64,000 nucleotides of DNA, taken from Felis catus (Eukaryota). The notes beneath the pieces are model-generated. The model was not told the DNA's origin, searched no databases, and saw nothing but the letters and a program-made list of their open reading frames with translations. The position numbers and the translations under genes were made by a program. How positions within the stretch are numbered: position 1 is the stretch's first letter; every line of letters begins with the position of its first letter. Below are positions 1 to 11,900 of the stretch, one piece after another. The DNA lies in the NCBI RefSeq assembly GCF_018350175.1, contig NC_058372.1, positions 48,858,001-48,922,000 on the forward strand, read 5' to 3'.

Positions 1-140
1 CTTCTGTTCCTCATTTTCCTCAGCTGTACCATGTGGATAGTAATAGTACCTGCTATATAGGGTAGTTGGGAGGATTAAATGAGGTAATTCATTTTTATTG
101 CTTAGGAAGGCGCATGGCATGTGGTAAACAGCAATCAATC
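1..140 (+). mobile_element. MIR SINE fragment (core and 3' part)
   Basis: cctcattttcctcagctgta...taatagtacct...gaggattaaatgag resembles the MIR core. Confidence 0.8.
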
Positions 141-848
141 ATCAGTTTTGTCAGGGGTTAATGTTGCGGTTATTTGATCATGTCTAATACATTGCATTCT
201 GGTAGGGACTGGGTGTGAGAATACAGGCTTCTTCACATCCCTTATTTTCACATTGGTATTTAAGCATAGGAATTTGGTCTTAAGATTACCTTCAACAACA
301 AGACAAGGTATGAAAAGCAGCAATGAATAAGACACATCCCACTCTGTTGAGGCAGCTGGTGACATGGGTTATCCTGACACAAGCGATGGGCAGGAGCTAT
401 TGGTTACCCTTTGTCTACTGAAAAACTGCCCCAGTTGTAAGCCTCTGGGCTGGCCTCCTGCCATTTTAAGAAAATAAGCCCAGATAGGTCTACCTTGGAC
501 CACCAGAAGAGCCTATTGCCAACAACTACAAATGAAGAGAAAAAAAAAAAATCCAAACAGGAAAAACCCAACAAACAAACAAAATGAAAACAATCTCCAA
601 TCTCTGAAAAACAAACCTTAAACAAGATTTGATTCTCCACAACTCTTAAGGCTGGAAAGCTGGGCTTTAATAGAAGGCAATGAAAGGATAGTTCACTGTT
701 CTCTCACACTGCAAACTTTTTTAAAAAGTAAAATATGAAATGCTAGGAGTCTGATGGATGACAGTTACTATAAAGAAAGAAAATAATGCTTAGTGTTGGA
801 ATGATTTACCCAAGTCTATGCACTCATAGTGGGCACATGGATTTAATT

Positions 849-990
849 CAGGGCTGTTGGAGAGATCTGAAAACTCTAAAATTATAAGCAAAATTTAGTG
901 GTGGTATACATGCATTTTTGTAAAAAAAGTTTACAGCTTTTCTCTGATGTTCAGTGAGATCTGAGACTTCAAAAGGGTTAAGAACCCTGG
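849..990. mobile_element. hAT-Charlie-type non-autonomous DNA transposon relic
   Basis: ends in aaaagggttaagaaccctg, similar to the Charlie-MITE terminus aaggttaagaaccactg; subfamily not assigned. Confidence 0.5.
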
Positions 991-1509
991 ATCAGAGAAC
1001 AGTACACTTAGGTTTATAAATAAGGATGGTTATCTTCTTTATCTTCATGTTGCATAAGAAAGTTCCAAAGGTCCCATATAATGTGGCATCTTGGCAAGAG
1101 AAATGTTGATTCTCACTTTCTTGAGAGCCAACAGGAAGTGGGGGAATGGGAGGTGCCCCAGGTCCTGGATCTCTGACCACCACTGCAGACTGCAGTTTGC
1201 TTTGCTGGGGTTGACTGAGCATACGAGCTTTCTGGCTGTGTCCTAGACTCTGTGGAAATCATCCCACAGTGACTGTAATTTTGACCTGAAAGTGATCTGG
1301 ATTCTCAGAATCACTTTTGCTTCCATCAGATCCCTCTCTAGTACTTGCTGAGGAAGCCACTGGCTTAAAGTTTTCTTTTCAATTCATGTCTCAGACTTTA
1401 CCTGGAGACATTCTGTGTCTTCCCCTCTGCATCATTCCCCAGGAAGATGGGGTAAGACCTCTATCATTATGGTGATTGTGCCAAAGCCCTATACGAAGTA
1501 CTACGTTTT

Positions 1510-1650
1510 CCCATTTAATCCGTATAACAACACTGTCAGATTGGTATAATTATCAGTTTGCAGAAAAGTGAACCAGAGCTCAGAGAAGTTAAGTTGAAAT
1601 GCATACCACAGTCTGTATAACTTCAAAGCCCAGCTCTTAACTACTATTCT
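1510..1650 (-). mobile_element. MIR fragment
   Basis: catttaatccgtataacaacactg...gctcagagaagttaag...ctcttaactactat matches antisense MIR. Confidence 0.7.
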
Positions 1651-1949
1651 GTGGTAATAAGTTATTTCTATTAGATTGTAAAGTATCCAGTTTTGCTTAT
1701 CCGGTTTATTTTGAAAGAAGTACAACTGTTTGGTTTGAAAGTATCTTCCATAAACACAAGCTACCTGCATGTTCCCTTGATTGAAGAAATCAATCCTTCT
1801 GCACCTCTAAATTGTGAGTTACAAACCCAGGTACTGAAAGGTAGGAACAAAGTAGGCTGGATGGTACTGGGAAACACTGGCACGGATGCTCTTTGTATCA
1901 CCTGGGGTCACATTTAACAATTAGCAGAATAGATGAAAGTCTACATCTT

Positions 1950-2345
1950 AAATAAGTAAGGACTTTCATTTTCACACTTAACAAAAAGTCTGTAGGTAGG
2001 CAATCCATGGCCAGTATAATAGCTCAAATTTGCCATCAGAGGCAAGCCTCCTTCTGTCTTCCTGTTTCTCTATCTAGCCAATGGCTTCTGTCCTCATGTT
2101 CATAAAATTATGGCTGTGCCTCCAGCCATTGTGTTTGTATTCCAAGAAGGAAGGGCAGAGAGCAAGTAGAGCACAGAGAGCATCCCAGGCAGGTCTGTCC
2201 CTAGACCCAGTCATGTGGTGGCTCCTGGCCTGGCGTAATTGGGGAGGTGAGTAGTGGTGCTACGCCCATCACCATTCCAAACAAAACTGAGGCTCTGTTA
2301 GTGAGGAAGGAGTGGGGTATATTTACTGGATAGACAACTCTGGAA
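1950..2345. mobile_element. MLT1 (ERVL-MaLR, J/K-like) solo LTR relic
   Basis: aagtctgtaggtaggcaatccatggc...atggctgtgcctccagccat...acaaaactgaggctctgttagtgaggaagg are MLT1J/K-like motifs. Confidence 0.6.
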
Positions 2346-2559
2346 GTGGCAGTGCCCTACCAAGGGAAACAACCTCAAGGCAATTCTGCGGAAGCTCCCA
2401 TTTTCTATAGATGCAAGTCAGTGTTGTCACATTAGCTAAGTCTCTTGATACCACCAGTCCTAGAGTAAAGCTGAGGTGGGACCTGCATATTTTATGGCCC
2501 CAACTTTCTGTTGTGTGCTGTGCAAAATGTAAGGAATTTGCTAAAGAAACTGGGCTCAG

Positions 2560-2720
2560 TGCAATACAACTGGGAAAGTATGGGCTTGAATTCAGAAGAC
2601 CCAAGTTCAAGTCCCTTGCCTGCCATGTGCTATCAGTATGACCTTAGGCAAGTTATCAACCTCAAATTCTTCATGTTAGTCTAAGACATGGGCCGCTGTG
2701 AGGTGTAAATGATGTGATGG
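2560..2720 (+). mobile_element. MIR fragment
   Basis: ttcagaagacccaagttcaagtccc...gtatgaccttaggcaagttat. Confidence 0.7.
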
Positions 2721-3069
2721 GTGTGGTTATTATGGTTTTCCATTGACTAGCACTCTTTGGGCACTTAATTTGTTTTGTTACGGAAGTCACTTCATCTCGA
2801 TACACTTACATTTAAGTCTTTGCTTGGCACATAGCCTTGTGCTGTGCACTGATGCTATTGAGAGAGAAATCTGTAGGCTTATAGTGAGCATGCTTAGAGT
2901 GCTTGCATCTCACAATGCTGATCTTCCCTTCAGATATGCTTTTCCCCATCCTCTCCTCATAGTAATTCCTCTTTGGAGCACAGCACTCAGCTCAGAAGGA
3001 TCTACTTCAGGGGCCTCCCCAAATCCTCTCTCTGTGGTCTTTCTCTTCCATTTGTTTCCATAAAACTGC

Positions 3070-3990
3070 ACTTGCCTGGTTCTTTTCTAAGTTCTTCCTT
3101 TTTGCTTTTGTTTTTACCTTTTGTCTCTTTCATGGGCTCCTTTTTTCTCCACTAGTTCCTGGAATGTAGAGATTTCCAGACTTGGGCTAGAACCCAGCCA
3201 TGACTCTTCTTAATTGATCCACTCCATGAGTTAATCTCAGCCATATTCATCATTCTATTTCAGGGTGCTGATAACTCACTCATCTGTATGTGTGGTTCAA
3301 ACTGTGTCTCAAGCTTCAGAACCAGACATCTCATGGATTCCTGGACATGTCTCCAGTGGATATTCCAAACCACTGCAGATGTAAAATAATCAAAACAAAA
3401 CTCTTCCTTACCCCGTGGACTCTGGTCCTCCCTCTATATTCTCTGTTTCAGGTAGCCTTAACATTTACCCAGTCACGTCAGCTAACTCCTGAGTCATCTT
3501 GTCCCTTTCTGTCTTCTCTCCCACATGCAATCACTTACAAAGTCTTACTTGAGCTCTAGCATTTTTTTTTTCTTTTCTTCACCATAATCACCACTACTGA
3601 TTTAAAAACTCTGTCTGCTTTCTGTCTAGAATATCTTAACATCTTCCTACTTCACTCCCAGTGTTATTCTGCTGACCACAGCTGCTGGAGTAAAAGCAAA
3701 TGACTAAAATGAAATTGATCAAGTCATTTAAAAACCCTTTGAAAGTCTCTCATGGTATCTCTCACTTACTGTGTCCACCACTCACTTTCCACTGCAAAAA
3801 AACTTTAAACTCAGGGCATCCATGTGTTGTCTGGGGATTCATCTAGTGTGGGACTTCTCTGGGGCTTACGTGCCTGTGTATGTCATGAGGTCCAGTGCCC
3901 CACAGCTCCACATCATCTACATTCCTCGGTCTAGGGCTCAATCTACTGTGTCGCACTCAATGTACCATGTATATATTTGTCAGATGGCTT
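3070..3990 (+). mobile_element. LINE-2 (L2) 3' relic
   Basis: gctgataactcactcatctgtat...cttcagaacc...tggatattcc...cccagtcacgtcagctaactcctgagtcatctt are L2-like motifs. Confidence 0.6.
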
Positions 3991-5149
3991 AGATTATTTT
4001 CATATAACAGTTAAAATATTCAGTAGCATATGTAACACTTAAATGGTTTCACTTAAGTTTAAGTTTGTGAAGACTGGGCCTTTTTGTCACTCATATTCTG
4101 TAAACCCCGAGTAACATTCCGATGTGAGTCAAGCAAGGACATGACAATTAGAAGATTGATCAGAATTCCTGAGCATTTACTGGGCCTCCATCAAGATTTT
4201 TTTTTTCCCCACTGATGTAGAAGAACCCATTAATATAGAAGTGCCTGAGCAGTTAAAATTACTCACTCTTCAAGACCGTGGGTAGGAAAAGCATGTCCTT
4301 TGATGTTAACCTTGCTGAAAGGCACAGATACCCTAACTACATGTAGGGTGACATCACCCCTTTGTGTTTGTGTAAATGGGCCAGATTAAGAAGATTAAGA
4401 AGGGAGTTGGTCAGAGGTAAAAGTTATTGAGTGGCAGTGCAGGGGAGCCAGCAAATCCCTCCCATACTCTGAAAACCTTCATCACTCATGTCCTTACATG
4501 TATTTAGGGCAGAAAAGCAGGTAGATTTCTGAACCTCTGCTCTGGGCTCTGAGTTCGGTTTTTAGCTCTGACTCTAGCAAACTAAGGACAAGGCTCATAT
4601 CCACATGAGGGTCTTATTTGCTTTTCATGTAAAGAGGAAGAACCCTAAAGCTTTTCTCACAAGATGATATGACAAAGGTTGTAAAATGCCTTTACAGATA
4701 GTGAGGGGAAAAATGGGGCTACCTAAACTTAATGATTAAGTGCATGATGTATTAATCCACCCCCTCTCCCCCCGTGGGACTGACATGCTAATGGATAGTG
4801 CCAGCTTTCATTTCAGGTTTTTAGATACCTAAGGCAAAAGGATATGCATTCTACAGAATATATAAGAATGGAAGCTTTAAATATTATGCTTCCTAACTTT
4901 TAAGAATCAAAATTATCAAAATTTATAGATATCCCTTTCCTCAAAAGAAGAGTTCCTGTCCAGTTTTGGTTCCTTACCACAGTCAATATGAGCTATCCAA
5001 AAATCTATCTATAGCATTTTCTGTTTTGAAACCTGTCAATATCTACAGGATGAGTTCCAAACTTGATGTACAAAATGCTTTGCCCTCTGGGCTCTGACTA
5101 TATCTTTCCACACTTACTTTCTCCCTCCCATGCAATTTTTTTTTATCTA

Positions 5150-5550
5150 CATCACATACAAATAATACACACACATGTAAAAGGCACACACACAGAGGCA
5201 CATACACATGGGCACACACCCCACACAAGGACACACACTGTGTGCACACCTATACAGAAGGACATACATATATACTTAGTCAAACATAGAAGACAGACAT
5301 GGGCACATATAAGACACACAGATACATATAAACAGTCATGCACACAAGTGTGCACATAGGCACACATACCCAATGGTGTGCATGTACACAGGTGCATATA
5401 AGGACACATATATATGCACACACACAGGAAGGTATCCACACACAGGTACACATACAAGAATACACATGGGTCACATAGAAGGACACATACATGGACATAC
5501 ACACACACAGCATGCAGACCTGGGCAGATGTCCAAAGACACACACACTAC
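5150..5550. repeat. Degenerate CA-rich low-complexity tract
   Basis: ~400 bp of cacaca/cacata/acatac units; source of the His/Thr and Cys/Val pseudo-ORFs. Confidence 0.9.
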
Positions 5551-5849
5551 ACTTCATTTCATGCGGATTAATCCGTGTTTTCTCCTGGGTCTCACTTCCA
5601 GAAAGGTGGTGTAGTCTTTTACTTGGTTCATGAGCTAATCAGGCTTCTTGCTTCTCCCAAGAGCCCATTAATGCTACCCTCATTTTAGCTGATTGCTAAG
5701 ACAACTGGCTCTTTCTCTCAGCAACCACACATAAATCCTCATCGCAGACATTTGTCAAGAAGCATTGTTTGACCTCACCACTATTCAGAAATAGGCCTTT
5801 TTTAGATAATCATCTATCATCATATGCAGCCTATACATTCTGCTGAATT

Positions 5850-6150
5850 GGGGACGTCCAAAAGAAATATGAGAGCCACAGATGTGAGGCACACACGTAG
5901 CCGTATTGAAAAAAACACACACAAGAAGAAACAAATAAAATAAACTTTTGTAATGTATTTTATTTAACCAATTGCAAAATATTATTTCAACACATAATTA
6001 TAAAATTATTAATGAGATTTTTACCTTATTTTTTGTGTGTATGCTGGTCCTTGAAATTTAGTGTATACCTCACACTTAGCAATGTGGACTACCTGCATTT
6101 CACATGTCATAGTTGCTTGTGGCTGGTGACTCCTGTATTGTGCACTGTGG
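5850..6150 (+). mobile_element. MER33-like hAT-Charlie MITE
   Basis: gtccaaaagaaatatgagagccaca...ttttatttaacc...aaaattattaatgagatt...tgtggctggtgactcctgtattg follow the MER33 layout. Confidence 0.75.
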
Positions 6151-6571
6151 CACAGAATTTACAAAATCCTCTCTAGATCACATCAGACCAGTAGAAAGCC
6201 AGGCATTGATGGCTAGGAAGCTTTGACACAAATGTGTGGCTGTCTCTAGAGCATCTTTGTATGGAGCTTAAGTATACCTTACGTAAGCTTACCTAACACC
6301 AGAATTTATCTTGTTTCCTCTCTGCCTAATTTTCAAGCTATTTTTTCATGTATTTTGCTTTGCTGTATTACATGCATTTTTATAAACCATTTTAAGCCCT
6401 TTTTTGTTTGTTGTTAGTCTTCTTATGAGGCAAGTTGAAGGAGCTACTCATGTTCTTCCATATTGTTGTGATTCTCCACGTTCATCTCTGCGGAAGGCCA
6501 TTCCTGGACCTCTTCTCTCCCCTCTCCCAGGGGAGGAACTCCTTGCTTTATGCACTCAAGGGCTTGCTGTT

Positions 6572-6983
6572 TAGTCAGTTCTTCAGTAATGCTACATACG
6601 TTCCCCGAAAAATCACTGTGCTATGCAAAATCAAACAATGAAAGCCATAGGGCTTATGGCGAAAATGGGATTAGGGGCGCAACATACAAAAACTTTAAGT
6701 GACACATCAATACACAAAAACAAAAGAAACTGAATGTAAACAGCAGTGCAGTTTTACACATGTAAAATGGTTCAAGAAGTACATAAATACTGCAATAAAT
6801 AGGGCACCTGACCTTGAATGAGACCCAGTGTTTGCTGGTGCAAATGAGGGTCAGAGAGGTTCAGCTTGTAAGTTGGTGGGAGGAGGGGAGTTGAAAGCTA
6901 AGGGAAGGCTGTAATAGCAGAGATGGTGCGTGTGGCCCAGAGCCCCCAATGAGCTGAGGGAGCGGAGGCACTGTTAGGTGCGG

Positions 6984-7014
<31 letters not shown>

Positions 7015-7222
7015 TGTGTGTGCGTATGTGTGTGTGTTTTGGATATTCCTACACTGCTCAGTTCATCTGGGTTCAGTTTTCTCCACTCACCTAATGTTTC
7101 CTGCAGGTGAAGTGCACATAATCAGATGCAAAATTCACATTATGCTCAAAATGGTCCCTAATACAACAATCATTAGAACAGAATTGTATTTTTGAAAATA
7201 AGCGTAAGAACATAACTGACTG
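6572..7222 (+). mobile_element. TcMar-Tigger non-autonomous element (Tigger13a-like)
   Basis: terminal inverted repeats agtcagtt / aactgactg with TA at the right end (7223-7224); internal aaaaatcactgtgctatgcaaaatc...gggcttatgg. Confidence 0.7.
6985..7036. repeat. (TG)n microsatellite, interrupted
   Basis: direct reading. Confidence 0.95.
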
Positions 7223-7229
7223 TAGTTAT

Positions 7230-7400
7230 TTCTGTTATCACCACATTTGCATCTGTTTATTTTCAGTTGTTTTCACATAGGTCCTCAGCTCTCTGGTCTG
7301 TGAACTAACTTGGAGTGAGACTCACATCTCATCTTTGTATCATCTACCCCTCCCTAGCCCAGTGCCTGACACACAGGAGTACTCACAGCATCATTCAGAT
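7230..7400 (+). mobile_element. L2 3' end fragment
   Basis: catctttgtatc...cctagcccagtgcctgacacacaggagtactca. Confidence 0.65.
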
Positions 7401-7445
7401 TGTGTTAACTTAAGGTATATTTGACTGCCTCGTGTCAAATTTTAA

Positions 7446-7472
7446 AAACACTTTTATTAGTTTATTTTGAGA

Positions 7473-7522
<50 letters not shown>

Positions 7523-7677
7523 GCTGGGGAGGGGCAGAGAGAGAAGGGGACAGAGTGTCTGAAATGGGCTCTGTGCTGACAGCAGTGAACCTGATGGGGG
7601 GCTCGAACTCACAAACCGTGAGATCAGGACCTGAGCTGAAGTTGGACCCTTAAGCAACTAAGGAACCCAGTCGCCCC
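7446..7677 (-). mobile_element. Can-SINE (feliform)
   Basis: antisense tRNA head, (GA)n tract, poly-T; degenerate TSD tcgtgtcaaatttt / tcatgccaaatttt. Confidence 0.95.
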
Positions 7678-8539
7678 TCATGCCAAATTTTTAACTCCTC
7701 AAGGGCAAATACCACACCTTACATACATCTACACCCTCAAGCCATCTTTCTCTTTGAGACTTAGTAAGTCAGAAAGGAGTAAGGAATAGAAGCATGTGCA
7801 GTGCGTATACTCTGCTGCCTGTGCTCACTCTTCCACCACCGGTTACTGTTCCCTTATCTCTGGGAGACTTAGCCCATCCTAAGAAAATGTCAATGGCTTT
7901 AGTCAATGGGCTCAGTGTCCTAACAGAGCAGACTAAGGGGAGCCAAAGCAGGCTAAGGAAACAATGGTCAGCGTTGTTTTTCCAAGTCTTTCTCTCTTCC
8001 CTCCCCCAGTATGGAATCCCTTCCAGGCTGCTTTCCAGATTGGGACCAGGCCCTTACCAGTCCTGTAGAAGTGCTTTTGCGCATGATCGTGGTAATAAAA
8101 CCAGTGAAAACAGCATTCTTTCCCTACTGGCTAGGCTAGAATCATTCCTCACTCTGGGCAAATGGGCAAGTGGAAGTTTGAATAGAGCAACTAGAACATC
8201 AGGTCGCTGAACCACACTGGAAACACCCAGTGGAGTAGAAGGTTCTTTCTAAACATATAAATTGTATAGACAAAGCAGTAAAAGAGGTGAAAGAAACAGC
8301 TACATACTGAAAAATCACTTTATTTTGTTTGCATAATAACAAAATGTTTCTCACTTTTTAATTTATGGTTGTGGAGTCTTACCAAGAATCTGAATATCAT
8401 CCATGTATGTGTCATTGCCCTCTACTGGATAAATTGGGCAACGTTGTTTCATTTGTGTCCATATAGAAATGTATCAAATGATGACCCATACTTGCCTAGC
8501 GTTTGGTATTTTTATTTTTCAATATGTTTCTATATGTAG

Positions 8540-8770
8540 CATTTTAATTTATTCTGATAATAATGCTTTGAAATAACGAAGCTATTTTCATTCCCATTTT
8601 ACAGATGAGAAAACTGAGGCAGAGAGTAAACTTATTCATTCAATATATAGATACTTTAAGGAAGCTACACACAAAGAACTATGCTAGACAATTTACAAAG
8701 ATGAATAAGACGGTATCTTTGCTCTGGGAGCTTATCCTGTTTTGTAGACAAGATGTATATATAAGTAACT
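8540..8770 (-). mobile_element. Adjacent MIR (~8540-8630) and L2 (~8631-8770) fragments
   Basis: cccattttacagatgagaaaactgaggcagagag (MIR core); aaagatgaataagacggtatctttgctctgggagctta (L2). Confidence 0.75.
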
Positions 8771-10299
8771 ATAAGAAAATAAAACTTGTGATATATGAAT
8801 AAATGAAAACAAGATGTATTGATTTCTCACTCTGTGCCAGTTGTTCATATATGTTATTGTATTTTTCCCTTGTAATTGGTATATGTTTTACAAATGACAA
8901 AATTGAGGTGGATTGCTTGTTTGTCAACTGCTCACAGCAAAAAAAACACCATAGGAAATGGAGAGGGAGAATTTGCAACTGGTGCAAATTGCACAAGTCT
9001 TCATGAGGGTGGTGGTGTTTGATCGAGGGGTTGAGAGATGGACAAAAGCAGGCAGGTGTTCCCAGGAAACTCTGCTCACATTGTGAGCCAAGTGTGGGGC
9101 TTATTTGGGGATGACAGGTCCTGTAGAGAGAGTGAAGATTAGGCTGCCAGAAAAGAGCTACTCCTGGTGCAGAAGGTATATCTAAAGGAAGCTTGCCAGG
9201 AGCAAGTGGTAAAGCCAGGGCGGGTCTGTATCTGTGCCACTGTGCAGCAAGGACAGGATCTGGGAACCAGGGTTGTGGCTCTGGCCCTGTGCTGGCAGGA
9301 AGCGGCAATGCTTGCCTGCATGTGTCCTGAGCCTGCAGGAGGGGAGTCCCAGCTTCTTCTGTGTATGGATGTGGTTACAGATCAGTGGGAGGCTGCTGTG
9401 GGAAGCGTGAGCAGGCTGTGACAGGGTGTGCTCCCGGGAGTCAGTAAGGAGTGTCACATAAAGGAAAATCAAAAATTCTTCACTTTCATATTAGAGGTTG
9501 CTGAACTGTGGCACCTTCTCTTTCCTTCAACAACCCTGACCAACCTAAAAAGCAGCATGTAAAATAAAAAAAAAAAATTGAAGAAACTGTAGCGAATGAA
9601 ACAGGGCTTTCTTTGTCCTTTGAACGTGATGACAAGCCTCATTTAATAGAGGACGTGGGTGATTTTTGCCTAGAGTTTTGCTTTTATGCTTGACAATTTC
9701 TCAAGCCCTCCAGAGTAAACCCTTACCACCTTTCCTGTGTTCTGTTCCTGGTGGCTTCCCAGAGAGTCTCAGGAACAGAATAAATGACAGGGACCACAGA
9801 GAGTTCTCAGTGCTTAAAAGGCCATGGCCCTACTTCCAGGGGGGACTAAAGGGCAGGGGATGCATGCTAGAAGAGAAATGGAAGGTACAGAAAAGCTAAA
9901 TGGGTATGATCCTTTGTGTGACTAAAAGAAGCACTAAGTTAGAATTTGCTTTTCCTCTGAAACTCTTCTGTTAGGACTCCTTCAAGCCACTGAGAAAGTA
10001 GGCAAGAAAGAAAGACAGGAGGAAAGGAAGAAGGGAGTGAGACAGTGAGAAAGACCTAGAGACAGATAAGTAGGTAGGTAGGTAGATACAAACATACAAA
10101 CATAGACAGATGCAGAGAAAGATGACAGAGACAGACACACAAAAATGAACCTTAATTAATCATGACACTACTATAACTTTTCCTAAAGAAGGGGCCACTT
10201 CTATTGACTCAGTCTTAGCCCTCAAATAATGTACTGGACTGGACAGTATGCTCAGTTCTCTGTTTCATGCATACTTATTGAAAACTTATCGTATCCCTC

Positions 10300-10420
10300 C
10301 ATTTAGTTATTCACCAAGAATCTATTGTATGCCTACTAGGTGCCAGAACTGTGCCAGAAGTGAGGAATACAAAGGTAGATAAGCAAGATCTTTCCCCTTA
10401 ACTAGCTCAGAGCCTTTGCC
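10300..10420 (-). mobile_element. L2 fragment
   Basis: tattgtatgcctactaggtgccagaactgtgcc...gaatacaaaggtagataag. Confidence 0.7.
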
Positions 10421-11769
10421 CCACTAGGGCTGTGCATCCGAGGTGTTTGGCAAATGTTGGACCCAGCTGTGTTGGTGTCGCCTCGTCTCCAGGAGGGCTG
10501 GGACCTGGGAGTACCCGTTCTGCCACTTCATTGTCACTAACAAGACAACACATAACCGCAAGTCAGATGATAGTTTGTGACTCTTTGTCCTTGTTAGGAC
10601 CTATCCAAAGCTTTGAGTTTGGGAGAGGGAAACATGCCATTGGCATAGAAGACACAAAGGCACACGAGTCCAGATTGTTGCCACTCCGACTGAGCAATAA
10701 ACTATTCTCATCTGCAACTTGCCGCCACCATTCCCCTCACAGCTCTGTCTCTATTGTTAGCCAGACCCACATGGTGAATGCGGCTACAATGAGATTCATT
10801 TCTTCCCCACTCTTGAGATACCAAGCTTCTTCTCTCTCCCTCCCCCTGATACGTGTTTCTGGAGAAGGGAGGGCTGAGCTACTGTGGACACTGAGCAGGA
10901 GGCAGTGTAGCCTTATATCATCACGAAAGGCAAATTGAAGTGGAGGGGGCCATGTTGATCATTTAAAGTAGAAAAATAAATGCACTTGGAGGATCAGTCC
11001 TTTGCCTTTGATGCACTTCACCAACACTTTTGTCTTGTTTTCATTTAAGTGGCTTTCATTTCTCACATCATGTAAGATGTCTAAAGAGGATTAGGTTCCA
11101 GGGAGGTCACAAAGTGGGGCATTTTCCTGTGGCTTGAACAATTTGTTTAAAAAATATGGATGGAGGAGAGTTGGAAAATGGTCGAGAGCTAAAGCTGGGG
11201 AAATGGTATAAGCTAAAAAAAATGGTCTAGAGCTTTCAGAATTTTTTTTCCTTTTAAAAATGTGTTGAAAGTTTGTAGATTCTTCATATCACCAAACTTT
11301 GCACACAGACTGACTTCAAAATGGTCTGTTAGATTTCAAACACCATTTAAAAGAAAAATTCAAATGAGTACACAAGGAACTGACACAGAGCACCAATTCT
11401 GAGTTTACTTTTCTAGAACAAAAAGAGTTTGGAAAGTAACAACAGCTGCTATCCACTGGCATGATCATTTTGCAAATGGATGTTTAATGTCACAAAAGGA
11501 GAAAGGAAACAACTTCACATATATACATAGTCCCTTCTGTTTAATCAAGTTCTGCTTTAGGAACACTCACAATATTGGCTGTGTGTTTTTCATTTTGCTA
11601 GGGAACCGGTGATGGGGCATCACAGACCAGCCCTAGGCCAACCTGTGGTAACCCCTGGCCTGTATTCTAAGTTCACTGGTCTCTAAGAAGGCAGCCCAGT
11701 ATTAGAAACAACTCTACACAGGTCCTCCTAGATAGAATCTTGAGTCTAGCAGCAGATGAAATCTTGGAT

Positions 11770-11900
11770 GTTACTCTGAACCTCAGTTCCCTCATCTGCA
11801 AACTGAAGTGCTATTTGCCGTGGGAAACTGTTCTGCTTGTTCGATCAGTCAGTGGGCTGAGGTGCTCAGCAGAAGGCTTTGTCTCAGGCGCTACATGAGA
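11770..11900 (+). mobile_element. MIR fragment
   Basis: ctctgaacctcagttccctcatctgcaaa. Confidence 0.65.

Noticed and set aside
5043..5633. Overlapping His/Thr-rich and Cys/Val-rich ORFs up to 131 aa
   Set aside because: Translation artefacts of a degenerate CA-rich tract
8769..9472. 179-aa ORF and overlapping ORFs in a GC-richer patch
   Set aside because: No recognisable domain or convincing splice structure; chance ORFs, possibly over an old repeat
10432..10938. 168-aa ORF
   Set aside because: GTG start, Ser/Leu-rich composition, no recognisable homology
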